This document shows positions 50,721-60,597 of a stretch of 64,000 bases of DNA, piece after piece. The DNA is from a virus (taxonomy: Duplodnaviria; Caudoviricetes): the IMG/VR virus record IMGVR_UViG_2721755523_000003, positions 9,614-73,613 of that record; one strand, given 5' to 3'. Each line of letters opens with the position of its first letter. The stretch's first letter is position 1. The translations under genes were made by a program, and so were the position numbers. Under the pieces are notes generated by a model, which saw only the letters and a program-made list of their open reading frames with translations, searched no databases and was not told the DNA's origin.

Positions 50721-51397
50721 GTTTCGATCCCATCACGAATGCAGGCGTCAAGGCGCTGCAGGGTCAGGTCAACACGGTGCAGTCGCAGACGACTGCGCTG
50801 ACGACGAAGCTGGCGCAGATCGAGAGTACGTTGGCCGGTTTGGGGACGGCCGCTGCGCGCAAGCCGCTCAGGGTAACCATCTACACCTGGGGCGCCGGCA
50901 CGCATACGTTTCTGCCCGAGAGCAGCTACCAATATGTCTGGTTGATAGGTGCCGGGGGTGCCGGAGCTGTTGGCTACTCGTACTCCAACACAAGAATGCG
51001 CATCGGAACGGGTGGAGGTGCTGGCGACGAACTCTATCGGCGAATCACTCTCACAGGAAGTGCGACCTACGAAGTTGGCGCAGGCAGCTCGGGCCGCGGA
51101 GGCAATACAAGACTCGGGCTGCTCTCAGTGGACGGGGGGCCTCCAGGCCAGACCGGTGATTTCGACGTTCCGGCCTATCCGACAACGCAATCGACGCGGC
51201 GAGGCCATGGCATAACACCCGGCAATGTGGGAGCACAGGCTGGGGGCTCTTCCAGCATGGGAGTTGGGGGCGTCTGCGGCAACAACACCGTCGATGCTAC
51301 GTATCCCACGGGATACGGCGCAGGAGGAGGCGGAAGCTACCCTACCCGCGCGGCGACCCCTGGTGCTGGTGGCTACATTCGCATCGAGGAGTATTGA
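50717..51397 (+). CDS. Fibre tip protein with glycine-rich domain
   Basis: Coiled N-term, VWLIGAGGAG...GGGAG...GYGAGGGG...GAGGYIRIEEY; lower GC. Confidence 0.7.
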   Translation: MSFDPITNAGVKALQGQVNTVQSQTTALTTKLAQIESTLAGLGTAAARKPLRVTIYTWGAGTHTFLPESSYQYVWLIGAGGAGAVGYSYSNTRMRIGTGGGAGDELYRRITLTGSATYEVGAGSSGRGGNTRLGLLSVDGGPPGQTGDFDVPAYPTTQSTRRGHGITPGNVGAQAGGSSSMGVGGVCGNNTVDATYPTGYGAGGGGSYPTRAATPGAGGYIRIEEY

Positions 51398-51399
51398 CC

Positions 51400-51849
51400 A
51401 TGGAACGCTATGCAAAAGTCATCGAAGCGGTGGTAGACAACATCGTGCTTTCCGAGACTGATCTACCGGATTGGATCCCGTGTGGCGACGCCTCTCCAGG
51501 CTGGCTGCATGACGCCAACACGGGCCTGTTCACCCCCCCGCCCACGACGGTGTCCACTTCTGCCACACGCCACATCACCCCCCTGGCACTGCGCCGCCGA
51601 TTCACCCTGACCGAACGCTCGGCCATCGAATGGGCTGCCGTGGACCGTGCCGACACCAGCGAGAAACAGCGCAAGGATGCCGCCATGCTGCGCGCCTGCC
51701 TGAAGGACCAGGAGCAGGCCGGCTTCATCGACCTGGACGATGCGGACGTAGCCGCCGGCGTGCGGCTTATCGAGGACCTGCAACTGATCGCACCAGGCCG
51801 CGCAAGCGAGATCCTCGGGGCACCCGTCCAGCCCGGCGAACGCCCCTGA
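51400..51849 (+). CDS. Fibre assembly chaperone-like protein (paralog 1)
   Basis: RHITPLALRRRFTLTER...IDLDD...GRASEIL. Confidence 0.7.
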   Translation: MERYAKVIEAVVDNIVLSETDLPDWIPCGDASPGWLHDANTGLFTPPPTTVSTSATRHITPLALRRRFTLTERSAIEWAAVDRADTSEKQRKDAAMLRACLKDQEQAGFIDLDDADVAAGVRLIEDLQLIAPGRASEILGAPVQPGERP

Positions 51850-51862
51850 CATCTCCACCTGC

Positions 51863-51898
51863 AAAAGCCCCGGCACCTATTGGGCGGCCGGGGCTTTT
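51863..51898 (+). terminator. Terminator-like hairpin
   Basis: AAAAGCCCCGG...CCGGGGCTTTT. Confidence 0.7.
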
Positions 51899-52153
51899 CC
51901 GTTTCTGATCTGCACCCCGAACCGGTGCAAAAGCAAGCCTCTGTGCAGCCCTCCCGCACAGCCAAGGTCGCTGGCGCCCATGCCCCTGCCGCGAGAACAT
52001 CAATGCAACCCGGGCGCAACGCCAGCGGCCTTGCAGGCTGCAGGCGCCAACCCGGCCAGGACAACCAGGCCGCCTTGGCTGCATGAACTTCAGCATGAAA
52101 CAAACCATCACTGTCGATCCCGCCAACGCCGCAGCTTGCGCAAAGGTGCCTGC

Positions 52154-52558
52154 ATGAGCCTGGATGCCGTCATCAGTGCCGATCTGGTGAAAACGCGGGC
52201 GGAGATTGCTGCGCTGGGCAGTGCTGTGGCGGCTGCGCGCAATGAGATTGCAGGGCTGAACACACAGGTAAGCGGCAACAGTGCGATCAAAAGCGTACAG
52301 CGATTGAGAGTTCAGCCAATTGCGGACAACACAAGCCGCATCTACCACAGCGATGTAACGATTAGTGCGATCAATCCCCTGAAGTCAATCGTGCTGATCC
52401 GCCGCATCTACTCCGGTTCTCGGTTCGACACCATTTTCCTGGATTGCGAAATACTCACCCCGACGCAGCTGCGCTGTAGCTCCTATGCTTACTACGAAGG
52501 AAGCTACAACGCAATTTCCGGGCCTCTCATGGACATCCAGGTGGTGGAGTTCAAGTAA
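52154..52558 (+). CDS. Short fibre tip-like protein
   Basis: 134 aa, coiled N-term then AIKSVQR...VTISAINPLKSIV...IQVVEF; lower GC. Confidence 0.65.
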   Translation: MSLDAVISADLVKTRAEIAALGSAVAAARNEIAGLNTQVSGNSAIKSVQRLRVQPIADNTSRIYHSDVTISAINPLKSIVLIRRIYSGSRFDTIFLDCEILTPTQLRCSSYAYYEGSYNAISGPLMDIQVVEFK

Positions 52559-53052
52559 TGCCCCACCACTACGCCCAGCTCACCCCCGCCGGCGTGGCCT
52601 TCGCCATCACCGAAACGCACGCCGAGCTCAACGCTCCCGACCTGCTCCCCCTGCCCCGCTACGACACCTCGGTGCTCGGCCGCCGCTGGACCGGCACGCA
52701 CTGGGAGGACGTTGCGCAGGCCCTGCCTGAAAGCCTGGCTGCACCCGCTGCAGCCAGCGAACCCGCCTTACGCCACATCACCCCCCACGCCCTTCGCCGC
52801 CGCTTCACCGTGGTCGAGCGCACGGCGCTGGAGTGGGCCGTGGTGGACCGCGCCGAGGCGGGCGAGGCCGACCGGCTCAACGCGGCCACGCTGCGCTCGC
52901 TGCTCAAGGACATCGAGCAGGCGCGGCAACTCGATCTTGACGACCCCGAACTGGCCGACAGCCTGCGCCAGTTCGAGGCCTTCGGACTCATCGCCGCGGG
53001 GCGTGCCCAGGAAATCCTGGACGGCCCCGTACAAGCCCACGAACAGCCGTGA
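52558..53052 (+). CDS. Fibre assembly chaperone-like protein (paralog 2)
   Basis: RHITPHALRRRFTVVER...LDLDD...GRAQEIL, homologous to 51400-51849. Confidence 0.7.
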   Translation: MPHHYAQLTPAGVAFAITETHAELNAPDLLPLPRYDTSVLGRRWTGTHWEDVAQALPESLAAPAAASEPALRHITPHALRRRFTVVERTALEWAVVDRAEAGEADRLNAATLRSLLKDIEQARQLDLDDPELADSLRQFEAFGLIAAGRAQEILDGPVQAHEQP

Positions 53053-53109
53053 CCACCCCTTTTTGACGACAGCCCCACGGCCCAACCACCCCCCAACCCG
53101 GAGAACACC

Positions 53110-54303
53110 ATGGCGACAGCCCCGTTCCATCATGGCATTCGCGTCACGGAAGTGAGCGAAGGCATCAATTCCATCCGCATCGTGTCCACGGCCGTGATCG
53201 GCCTTGTGGCCACGGCCAGCGACGCCGATGCGGCCACTTTCCCGCTGAACCGCCCGGTGCTGGTCACCAAGGTCGATGCGGCCATCGGCAAGGCCGGCAC
53301 CAAGGGCACGCTGGCCCAGGCGCTGAACGCCATCAAGGAGCAGTGCCGCCCGGTGCTGGTCGTCGTGCGCGTGGCCGATGGCGAAGGCGCCACCGAGGCC
53401 GAGCGCCGCACCGACCAGGATGCCAAGGTCATCGGCACCACCGCCGGCAACCAGTACACGGGCCTGCAGGCGCTGCTGGCGGCCCAGGCACAGCTCGGCG
53501 TCAAGCCGCGCATTCTGGGCGCGCCGGGCCTGGACAGCCAGGCCGTGACCGACGCGCTGGCGTCCGTGGCCATCAAGCTGCGCGGCTTTGCGTATGCAGC
53601 GGCCATCGGCAACGATGTGGCCGAGGCCCAGGCCTACCGCGAGCACTTCGGCCAGCGCGAGCTGATGCTGCTGTGGCCCGGCTTCAAGGCGCTGGACCTG
53701 TCCACCGCCGCCGTGCAGGACGCCTCGCCCGTGGCCTACGCCCTGGGCCTGCGCGCGCGCATCGACCAGGAGCAGGGCTGGCACAAGACGCTGTCCAACG
53801 TGCCGTTGTCCGGCGTGCTGGGCATCTCGCGCGATGTGCACTGGGACCTGCAAAGCCCCGATACCGAGGCCGGCATCCTCAACCAGGCCGGCATCACCAC
53901 GCTGATCCAGAGCCAGGGCCACCGCTTCTGGGGCTCGCGCACCTGCACGGACAGCGAGCTGTTCCGCTTCGAGTCCAGCGTGCGCACCGCGCAGGTGCTG
54001 GCCGACACCATGGCCGAGGCGCATTTCTGGGCCGTGGACAAGCCCATGCACCCCAGCCTGGTCAAGGACATCCTGGAAGGCATCAACACCAAGTTCCGCG
54101 AGTTGAAGGCCCTGGGCTACATCCTGGACGGCAAGGCCTGGTACGACGAAACGGTCAACGAGACCGCCACGCTCAAGGCCGGCAAGCTGGTGCTGGACTA
54201 CGACTACACGCCTGTGCCTCCGCTGGAGGACCTGGGCTTTCGCCAGCGCATCACCGACCGCTACTTCGCCGACTTCGCCCTGCGCGTGGGCACCGGCCAG
54301 TAA
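53110..54303 (+). CDS. Contractile tail sheath, P2 FI
   Basis: FHHGIRVTE, TAVIGLVATA, VKPRILGAPG, GWHKTLSN, RFWGSRT. Confidence 0.95.
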   Translation: MATAPFHHGIRVTEVSEGINSIRIVSTAVIGLVATASDADAATFPLNRPVLVTKVDAAIGKAGTKGTLAQALNAIKEQCRPVLVVVRVADGEGATEAERRTDQDAKVIGTTAGNQYTGLQALLAAQAQLGVKPRILGAPGLDSQAVTDALASVAIKLRGFAYAAAIGNDVAEAQAYREHFGQRELMLLWPGFKALDLSTAAVQDASPVAYALGLRARIDQEQGWHKTLSNVPLSGVLGISRDVHWDLQSPDTEAGILNQAGITTLIQSQGHRFWGSRTCTDSELFRFESSVRTAQVLADTMAEAHFWAVDKPMHPSLVKDILEGINTKFRELKALGYILDGKAWYDETVNETATLKAGKLVLDYDYTPVPPLEDLGFRQRITDRYFADFALRVGTGQ

Positions 54304-54366
54304 GCGGCGGCCGCATCCGACACACCCAATACACCGAACACACCGGATACACAGGAGAAAAGCACC

Positions 54367-54876
54367 ATGGGACTGCCCCGCTCTCTCAAGAATTTCGCCA
54401 CCTTCGTGGATGGCAACTCGTACATCGGCGACATGCCCGAAGTGGGCTTGCCCAAGCTCACCCGCAAGATGGAGAAGTACCGCGCCGGCGGCATGAACGG
54501 CGAGGTCAGCCTGGACTTCGGCATGGAGGCCATCGAGGCCGACCTGACCGCTGCCGGCTACATGAAGGAGTTGATCTCCACCTGGGGCACGCTGCGCCAC
54601 GACGGCGTGCTGCTGCGCTTCGCCGGCGCCCTGCAGGGCGATGACAGCGAAGGCGTGGACTCGCTGGAAGTGGTCATGCGTGGCCGCTTCTCGGAGTTCG
54701 ACCCCGGCAAGGCCAAGGCCGGCGACAAGACCGAGATCAAGTACAAGCTGGCCGTCAGCTACTACCGCCTGTCCATCAACGGCCAGGTGCTGATCGAGAT
54801 CGACCCGGTCAACTTCGTCGAAGTCGTCAACGGCATCGACCGCCTGGCCCAGGTCCGCGCCGCGCTGGGCATCTGA
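54367..54876 (+). CDS. Tail tube, P2 FII
   Basis: MGLPRSLKNFATF, LPKLTRK, YRAGGMNG, EIDPVNFVE. Confidence 0.95.
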   Translation: MGLPRSLKNFATFVDGNSYIGDMPEVGLPKLTRKMEKYRAGGMNGEVSLDFGMEAIEADLTAAGYMKELISTWGTLRHDGVLLRFAGALQGDDSEGVDSLEVVMRGRFSEFDPGKAKAGDKTEIKYKLAVSYYRLSINGQVLIEIDPVNFVEVVNGIDRLAQVRAALGI

Positions 54877-54944
54877 GCCTGGCTCAACTGACCGGGCCGG
54901 CCGGCCCGGTCCTCCTCTTTTCTTCACCCGAACGCTGACACACC

Positions 54945-55304
54945 ATGGACACCACCAAGCCCCAGGAAGACCTCCAGAACCAGGCTGCCGCCAACGCGGC
55001 CGCCCTCGCATCGGGCGATGCGCGCGAGATCACGCTCGACGTGCCGCTCAAGCGCCCCGGCGGCGACCTGGCCCGGGTGCTGGTGCGCCGCCCCAATGCC
55101 GGCGCGCTGCGCGGCCTGTCGCTGGTCGAGCTGCTGCACATGAACGTGACCGCGCTGCAGACCCTGCTGCCGCGCGTGACCGAGCCCATGCTGCACAAGG
55201 CCGAGGTGCTGCAGCTGGACCCCGCCGACCTGGTGACCCTGGGTACGGAGGTGGCCTCTTTTTTGGTGCCGAAGGCGCAGAGGGAGCAATTCCCGAGCGC
55301 GTAG
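54945..55304 (+). CDS. Tail assembly chaperone E
   Basis: ITLDVPLKR...RRPNAGALRGLSL. Confidence 0.88.
   Translation: MDTTKPQEDLQNQAAANAAALASGDAREITLDVPLKRPGGDLARVLVRRPNAGALRGLSLVELLHMNVTALQTLLPRVTEPMLHKAEVLQLDPADLVTLGTEVASFLVPKAQREQFPSA
55259..55265 (+). other. -1 programmed frameshift site for E+E'
   Basis: TTTTTTG as in P2; the -1 frame reads through into the E' ORF. Confidence 0.8.
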
Positions 55305-55312
55305 AGGACGCC

Positions 55313-55429
55313 ATGGCCGACCTGGCCATGGTCTTCCACTGGCGGCCGGCGGACATGGAGGACATGTCGCTGGCCGAACTCGGCCAATGGCATGAACGGG
55401 CGCGCGAGCGCTACGAAAGCCAGGACTGA
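55313..55429 (+). CDS. GpE'-like C-terminal chaperone extension
   Basis: MADLAMVFHWRPADMEDMSLAELGQWHERARER. Confidence 0.85.
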   Translation: MADLAMVFHWRPADMEDMSLAELGQWHERARERYESQD

Positions 55430-55543
55430 GCCAGGACTGAGCACCACCCCCCACTCCATCGCCCGCCTCTCGCCCCTCTCTTGCACGCCCCTTGCCCATG
55501 ACCTCCACCCAACGCCAACACCGCACCGGCCAGGGAGCCCTCC

Positions 55544-58393
55544 ATGGCCGTTGACACCCTGCGCCTGGACGAGGTGCTCAAGCAGGCCGAGCGCGTGCAC
55601 CAGCCCCTGGCGCTGCTGGGAAGAACCAGCAGCAACACGGCCCGGGAACTCAAGGAAACGGTCGACCAGTTGAAGAAGCTGCAGCAGCAGCAAACCCAGC
55701 TGGGCGACTACCGCGCGCTGCGCAGCGGCCTGGCCGACACCACGGCGCGGCTGCGCGGAGCGCGCCAGCAGATGGCCCAGCTGCGGCTGGAATCGGGCGC
55801 GGGCGAGCAGCCCTCGCGCGCCATGCTGCGCGCGCTGCGTTCGGCCCAGGTCGAGGAAGAGCGCCTGGCGCTGCTGCGCGCCACGCAGCGATCGCGCCTG
55901 ATGGACATGCGCGAAGGCCTGCGCGGCGCGGGCGTGGACACGGGCAACCTGTCGGCGCACGAGCGCAAGCTGCACAACGACATCCGCGCCACCACGGCCC
56001 AGATGGAAAAGCAGCGCAAGGTGGTGGCACCGGCCGCCCAGCGGCTGGAGAGGATCGACGCCCTGCGCGAGCAGAGCAAGACCCTGGCCGATCGCGGCCA
56101 GGCGCTGCGCGAGACGGGCGGCAAGATGCTGGCGCCCGTGCGCGCCGTGAGCCAGGCCTTCATGACCGACGACCAGGCCGCCGCGCAGCTGCGCGCCACC
56201 ATGGCGGGCAGCAACGGCAAGCCGGGCGCCGAATACCAGCAGGTGCTGGACTTGGCCAAGAGCCTGGGCACCGACATGCCCGGCAGCACGGCCGACTACA
56301 TCGCGATGATGAACCAGCTGCAGCGCCAGGGCGTGTCCTCGCAGGATGTGCTGGGCGGCGTGGCCCGGCAGGCGGCCAACCTGGGCGCCGTGCTGCAGAT
56401 GCCGACCAAGGAGGCTGCCACGCTCGCGGCGCAGCTGCAGCAGGCCACTCGGGCCGGCGCAGGCGACATGGCCGCATTGGCCGATACGGTGCAGCGCGCC
56501 GCCCACCTGAACCTGGACCCCGACGAAATGGTCAAGGGTCTGGATGCCATCGGCAAGGCCCTGCCGCAGCTGGGACAGCAGGGCGCAAGGTCGGGACAGA
56601 TGTTTGCGCCGCTGCTGCTCATGCTCAACGATGCCAGCATCAGCGGCAAGGCTGCCGGCACCGCCGTGGGCAACCTGGTCAAGAACTCCATGGACCCGGC
56701 CAGACTGGGCCAGGTCAACAAGATGCTCGCGGGCCAGGGCGTGTCGCTGGACTTCAAGGACGCCAGCGGCCAGTTCGGCGGCACCGAGCAGATGATGGCC
56801 CAGCTGCAAAAGCTGCAGAGCCTGGGCAGCGACAAGCTGCGCGCCGCTGCGCTGGACAAGCTGGCGGGCGGCGATGCGCAGACGCGCAAGGCCCTGGAGG
56901 CGTTGCTCCAGCAGGGCCCGGGCGGCTACCAGCAGATCGCCTCCCAGCTCAAGTCACAGGCGGATATGGATGGGCGCGTGGCCATCCTGAAGGACTCGGT
57001 CTCGGCCCAATACGAGTCCGTCAAGGACAGCTACAACGGCCTGTTGAGCGACATGGGCTCGACCATCGAGTCCGACCTCAAGGCCGTGCTGGGCACGCTG
57101 CGCGAGATGACCGAAGGCATGCGCGCCTGGGTCAAGGAGCATCCCCAGATCGTGCAGTGGACGCTGCGCATCGTGGCCGTGCTGGGCCTGCTGGTCGCAG
57201 GCGTCGGCGTGGTGAGCAGCGTGCTGTTCGGCCTGCTGGCGCCGCTGCTGCTCACGCGCACCGTGTTCGGCCTGCTGGGCGCGGCCATGGGCGCAGGCAG
57301 CGGCGCCTTGGGCGTGCTCAGGCGCGGCCTGGCGGCCGTGGTCCTGTCGCTGGGCATGATGGGCGGCGGCGGCAGTGCCATGGTCCTGCTGTCGGGCGGC
57401 ATGCGCATGGCCAGCAGCGCCGTGGGCGTGCTCCGGCGCGGCGTGGGCGCCGTGGTCCTGTCCCTGGGCATGATGGGCGGCGGTGGCGGAGCCATGGGCC
57501 TGCTGTCGGGCGGCATGCGCATGGCCAGCAACGCTGCGGGCGTGCTCAGGCGCGGGCTGGGCGCCGTGGTCCTGTCGCTGGCCATGATGGGCCGCGGCGC
57601 TGCCATGGGCAGCATAGGCACCGCCCTGGCCGGCGCGGGCCGCGCTGCAGGCCGCATCTTCGGCGGCGGGGCAGGCGCAGCCAAAGGCGTGGCCGGCAAG
57701 GGCCGTGCGGGCGCCGTCATGGGCCTGCTGGGCGCCGGCCTGGGTGCCGCAGGTGCCGTCGGCGGTGGTCTGGGCGGTAGTCTGGGTGGTGCAGCCGCAT
57801 CGCTGATGGGCCTGGTGCGCATGACACCCATGGGCCGGCTCGCAGGCGGCCTGATGGGCGCGGGCGGCTCGATCATGCAGAACTGGGATGGCCTGTCCAC
57901 CGCCGTCAAGGCCGGCGACTGGAAGGGCGTCGGCGGCACGCTGCTGGACGCCGGCAAGGCCGGCCTCGATGGCGCCACGGGCGGCCTGTTCGGCGTGGTC
58001 TCTGACCTGGCCGGCAAGGGCATCAGCGGCCTGGCCTCGTCGGTGGGCTCATGGTTCAAATCCGGCGATGCGTCAGCACCCGACCAGGGCCGCGCCGGCG
58101 CACTGCGCCAGGGTGTTGCGGCCGCAGCCACGGCGGCCACGCTGGCCACGGGCGCCATGCCGGCCATGGCCGACACGGGCGCCGTGCGCATCGACAGCCG
58201 CCCGCCGCTGGCCAGCGCCGCTGCACCCGCGTCGGCACCGGCCCCGGTGGCCGGCGCCACCATCCACATCACCGTCAACGCTGCGCCCGGCCAGGACGCG
58301 CAGGCCATTGCCCGCGCCGTGGCCGCCGAGCTGGACCGCCGCGACATGGCCAAGCGCTCCAGCGTGCTGTCGCAGCTGTCGGACATCGACTGA
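55544..58393 (+). CDS. Tail tape measure protein (P2 T-like)
   Basis: 949 aa helical, TP901-type core, TM-rich C-half. Confidence 0.9.
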   Translation: MAVDTLRLDEVLKQAERVHQPLALLGRTSSNTARELKETVDQLKKLQQQQTQLGDYRALRSGLADTTARLRGARQQMAQLRLESGAGEQPSRAMLRALRSAQVEEERLALLRATQRSRLMDMREGLRGAGVDTGNLSAHERKLHNDIRATTAQMEKQRKVVAPAAQRLERIDALREQSKTLADRGQALRETGGKMLAPVRAVSQAFMTDDQAAAQLRATMAGSNGKPGAEYQQVLDLAKSLGTDMPGSTADYIAMMNQLQRQGVSSQDVLGGVARQAANLGAVLQMPTKEAATLAAQLQQATRAGAGDMAALADTVQRAAHLNLDPDEMVKGLDAIGKALPQLGQQGARSGQMFAPLLLMLNDASISGKAAGTAVGNLVKNSMDPARLGQVNKMLAGQGVSLDFKDASGQFGGTEQMMAQLQKLQSLGSDKLRAAALDKLAGGDAQTRKALEALLQQGPGGYQQIASQLKSQADMDGRVAILKDSVSAQYESVKDSYNGLLSDMGSTIESDLKAVLGTLREMTEGMRAWVKEHPQIVQWTLRIVAVLGLLVAGVGVVSSVLFGLLAPLLLTRTVFGLLGAAMGAGSGALGVLRRGLAAVVLSLGMMGGGGSAMVLLSGGMRMASSAVGVLRRGVGAVVLSLGMMGGGGGAMGLLSGGMRMASNAAGVLRRGLGAVVLSLAMMGRGAAMGSIGTALAGAGRAAGRIFGGGAGAAKGVAGKGRAGAVMGLLGAGLGAAGAVGGGLGGSLGGAAASLMGLVRMTPMGRLAGGLMGAGGSIMQNWDGLSTAVKAGDWKGVGGTLLDAGKAGLDGATGGLFGVVSDLAGKGISGLASSVGSWFKSGDASAPDQGRAGALRQGVAAAATAATLATGAMPAMADTGAVRIDSRPPLASAAAPASAPAPVAGATIHITVNAAPGQDAQAIARAVAAELDRRDMAKRSSVLSQLSDID
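57311..57595. repeat. 114-bp (38-aa) tandem repeat, ~2.5 units, within tape measure
   Basis: GVLRRG...VVLSLGMMGGGG...LLSGGMRMAS units starting at 57311, 57425, 57539. Confidence 0.88.
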
Positions 58394-58398
58394 GGAGC

Positions 58399-58845
58399 AT
58401 GAGCATGCTGATCACACTGGGCCAGTTTTCCTTCGGCATCGACACACTGGCATTCGACAAGCTGGTGCGCAGCAGCACCTGGCGCCACCCGAGCAACAGC
58501 CGCGTGGGCGCGCGCCCCGCCCGCCAGTCGCTGGGCCCCGGCGATGAAACGCTGGGCCTGACCGGCGTGCTCGCACCCGAGTTCCGGGGCACGGCCAAGT
58601 CGCTGGACGACCTGCGCGAAATGGCCGACCAGGGCAAGGCATGGGCCCTGGTGGGCGGCGAAAGCATCCTGGGCGCCTGGGTCATCGAGAGCCTGCAGCA
58701 GACCGGCACGCACTACACACCGGGCGGCAAGCCGCGCCGCATCGAGTTCGATCTCAAGCTGGCCCGCGTGGACGACCACCTGGCCGAAGGCAGCGGCGGC
58801 GTCGATCCCTGGCCCGATGAAGACTTCTGGGAATGGTGGATCTGA
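58399..58845 (+). CDS. Tail protein U
   Basis: LGQFSF, WRHPSNSRVGARP, QSLGPGDE, GVLAPE. Confidence 0.9.
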   Translation: MSMLITLGQFSFGIDTLAFDKLVRSSTWRHPSNSRVGARPARQSLGPGDETLGLTGVLAPEFRGTAKSLDDLREMADQGKAWALVGGESILGAWVIESLQQTGTHYTPGGKPRRIEFDLKLARVDDHLAEGSGGVDPWPDEDFWEWWI

Positions 58846-59846
58846 TGGCCACGCAGGAATACTTGCACGCCAAGCCCCAGTACGAAATCGTCCTGGACGG
58901 GCGCGACATCACCAGCAGCGTGAACACGCGGCTGATGAACCTGACGCTGTCCGAATCGCGCGGCGAAGAGGCCGACAAGCTGGACATCACGCTGGACGAC
59001 AGCGATGGGCGCCTGCCCATGCCGGGCAAGGGATCCAAGATCGCGCTGAAGCTGGGCTGGGCCGGACATGGCCTGGTCGACAAGGGCACCTACGAGGTGG
59101 ACGAGGTGGAGCACCAGGGCGCGCCCGACAGGATCGTGGTGCATGCGCGCTCGGCCGAACTCAAGCGCCAGCTGCGCACGCGCTCCGAGCACAGCTACCA
59201 CAACAGCACGCTGGGCCAGATCGTGCGCAGCATCGCCCAGCGCAACGGCCTGCAGGTGCGCGTGGACGCGCAGTTCGAGAACCTGCGCGTGGACCACATC
59301 GACCAGACCCACGAAAGCGATCTGAACTTCTGCAGCCGCCTGGCGCGGCAGTATGACGCCGTGTGCACGGTCAAGAAGGGCAAGCTGGCCTTCATCGCCA
59401 TCGACAGCAAGATCACCGCTGCCGGCCAGGCCGTGGAGGCCGCCACGCTCACGCGCGCCGTGGGCGACAGCCACAACTACCACACGGCCGCACGCAACGA
59501 CTACAGCGGCGTGCGCGCGTACTGGAACGACGCGGATCGTGCCGAGAAACGCAGCGCCACGCAGGGCGCCGAGGACAACGAAAAGCGCCTGAAGGACACC
59601 TACGGCAGCGAGGCCGAGGCGCAGGCCGCCGCCAAGGCCGAGATGGGCCGCATCAACCGCGCCAAGGCCACCATGGGCCTGAAGCTGGCGCTGGCGCGGC
59701 CCGACCTGATGCCGCAGACGCCGCTGAAGCTGCAGGGGTTCAAGGCGGAGATCGATGACACGCCATGGCTGGTCGTCAAGATCCAGCACGAGCTGGGCGA
59801 CGGCGGCTTCACCTCCAAGCTGACGCTGGAGACGCGCGCCAAGTGA
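58845..59846 (+). CDS. Late control/baseplate hub protein D
   Basis: EADKLDITLDD, LGWAGHGLVDKG, DQTHESDL, HELGDGGFTS. Confidence 0.92.
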   Translation: MATQEYLHAKPQYEIVLDGRDITSSVNTRLMNLTLSESRGEEADKLDITLDDSDGRLPMPGKGSKIALKLGWAGHGLVDKGTYEVDEVEHQGAPDRIVVHARSAELKRQLRTRSEHSYHNSTLGQIVRSIAQRNGLQVRVDAQFENLRVDHIDQTHESDLNFCSRLARQYDAVCTVKKGKLAFIAIDSKITAAGQAVEAATLTRAVGDSHNYHTAARNDYSGVRAYWNDADRAEKRSATQGAEDNEKRLKDTYGSEAEAQAAAKAEMGRINRAKATMGLKLALARPDLMPQTPLKLQGFKAEIDDTPWLVVKIQHELGDGGFTSKLTLETRAK

Positions 59847-59895
59847 GCGAGAGGTAGGCCGTAGAACGCGTCCTGGAGCGGCCGGCGCAGGCCGT

Positions 59896-60231
59896 TCAGC
59901 GCGCGGCCAGGGTCGCCACGGCCATGATGGCGGCGCGGCCCGAATCGTCGGCCCGGCCATAGCAATCGAGCAGCTCGCGCTCGTCGGGCGCCAGGGTCTG
60001 GACCGATGCGTTCGCATGCTGGCCCGTGACCACATACAGGACATCCACGCCCAGGCCCGCCATCACGGCCAGGGCGGCCGCATTGGGCGATTGCTCGCCC
60101 TTCTCCCAGGTGGCCAGGGTGCCGCGCGAGACGTCGCAGGCGTCAGCCATGGCGAGCTGCGCCACGTCCAGACGCAGACGCTCTTGCCTCAGCCTTTCAC
60201 CGATGTGATCGAAATTTCTTCTATTCATCAA
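59896..60231 (-). CDS. Immunity repressor (P2 C-like XRE HTH, no peptidase domain)
   Basis: IGERLRQERLRL...WEKGEQSPN...GVDVLYVVTG. Confidence 0.85.
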   Translation of the reverse strand: MMNRRNFDHIGERLRQERLRLDVAQLAMADACDVSRGTLATWEKGEQSPNAAALAVMAGLGVDVLYVVTGQHANASVQTLAPDERELLDCYGRADDSGRAAIMAVATLAAR

Positions 60232-60260
60232 TTGACATGCTCGAAATTTCGAGCAATGAT
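60232..60260 (+). promoter_or_regulatory. Early promoter with 18-bp palindromic operator in the spacer
   Basis: TTGACA-17-AATGAT; TGCTCGAAATTTCGAGCA at 60238-60255; partial copy TCGAAATTTC at 60209. Confidence 0.78.
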
Positions 60261-60305
60261 GCAGTCAGCGTGTAACCAAACCATCCAAACCATCCCAAAT
60301 ACTAC

Positions 60306-60536
60306 ATGACAGCCATGCACTCCCCCAGAGCCGTGCCCGGTATCCCTGCGGATCCGGTGCTTCATGACAGGCCCGTGCCGCTGCGCATGACGGCATCCGA
60401 ACGCGAACGCCACGCCCGCTATGCCAGCCGTGAAAGCCGCAGCGCCTCCAACTTCGCGCTGAAGCTGTACCGCATGGGCATGCAGCAGTACGAGCAGCAG
60501 ATGCCGCCGCTGCCCCAGGCCGATCAGGCGCGATAG
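60306..60536 (+). CDS. Cox-position small DNA-binding protein (ribbon-helix-helix-like)
   Basis: VPLRMTASERERHARYASRESRSASNFALKLY; divergent from repressor. Confidence 0.65.
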   Translation: MTAMHSPRAVPGIPADPVLHDRPVPLRMTASERERHARYASRESRSASNFALKLYRMGMQQYEQQMPPLPQADQAR

Positions 60537-60597
60537 CCACCCGCGCCGACCTGTTCACCGCCTTGTCTTCGATCCCAACTGCCCCCAGGAGCCTGCC

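Noticed and set aside
51400-53052. Paralogous fibre-associated genes as a DGR template/variable pair or an invertible cassette
   Set aside because: Differences are not adenine-specific, no reverse transcriptase or invertase is present, both pairs are on the same strand and no flanking inverted repeats were seen.
55419-55440. GCCAGGACTGA direct duplication after E'
   Set aside because: An 11-bp local duplication at the stop codon; no insertion element lies between the copies.
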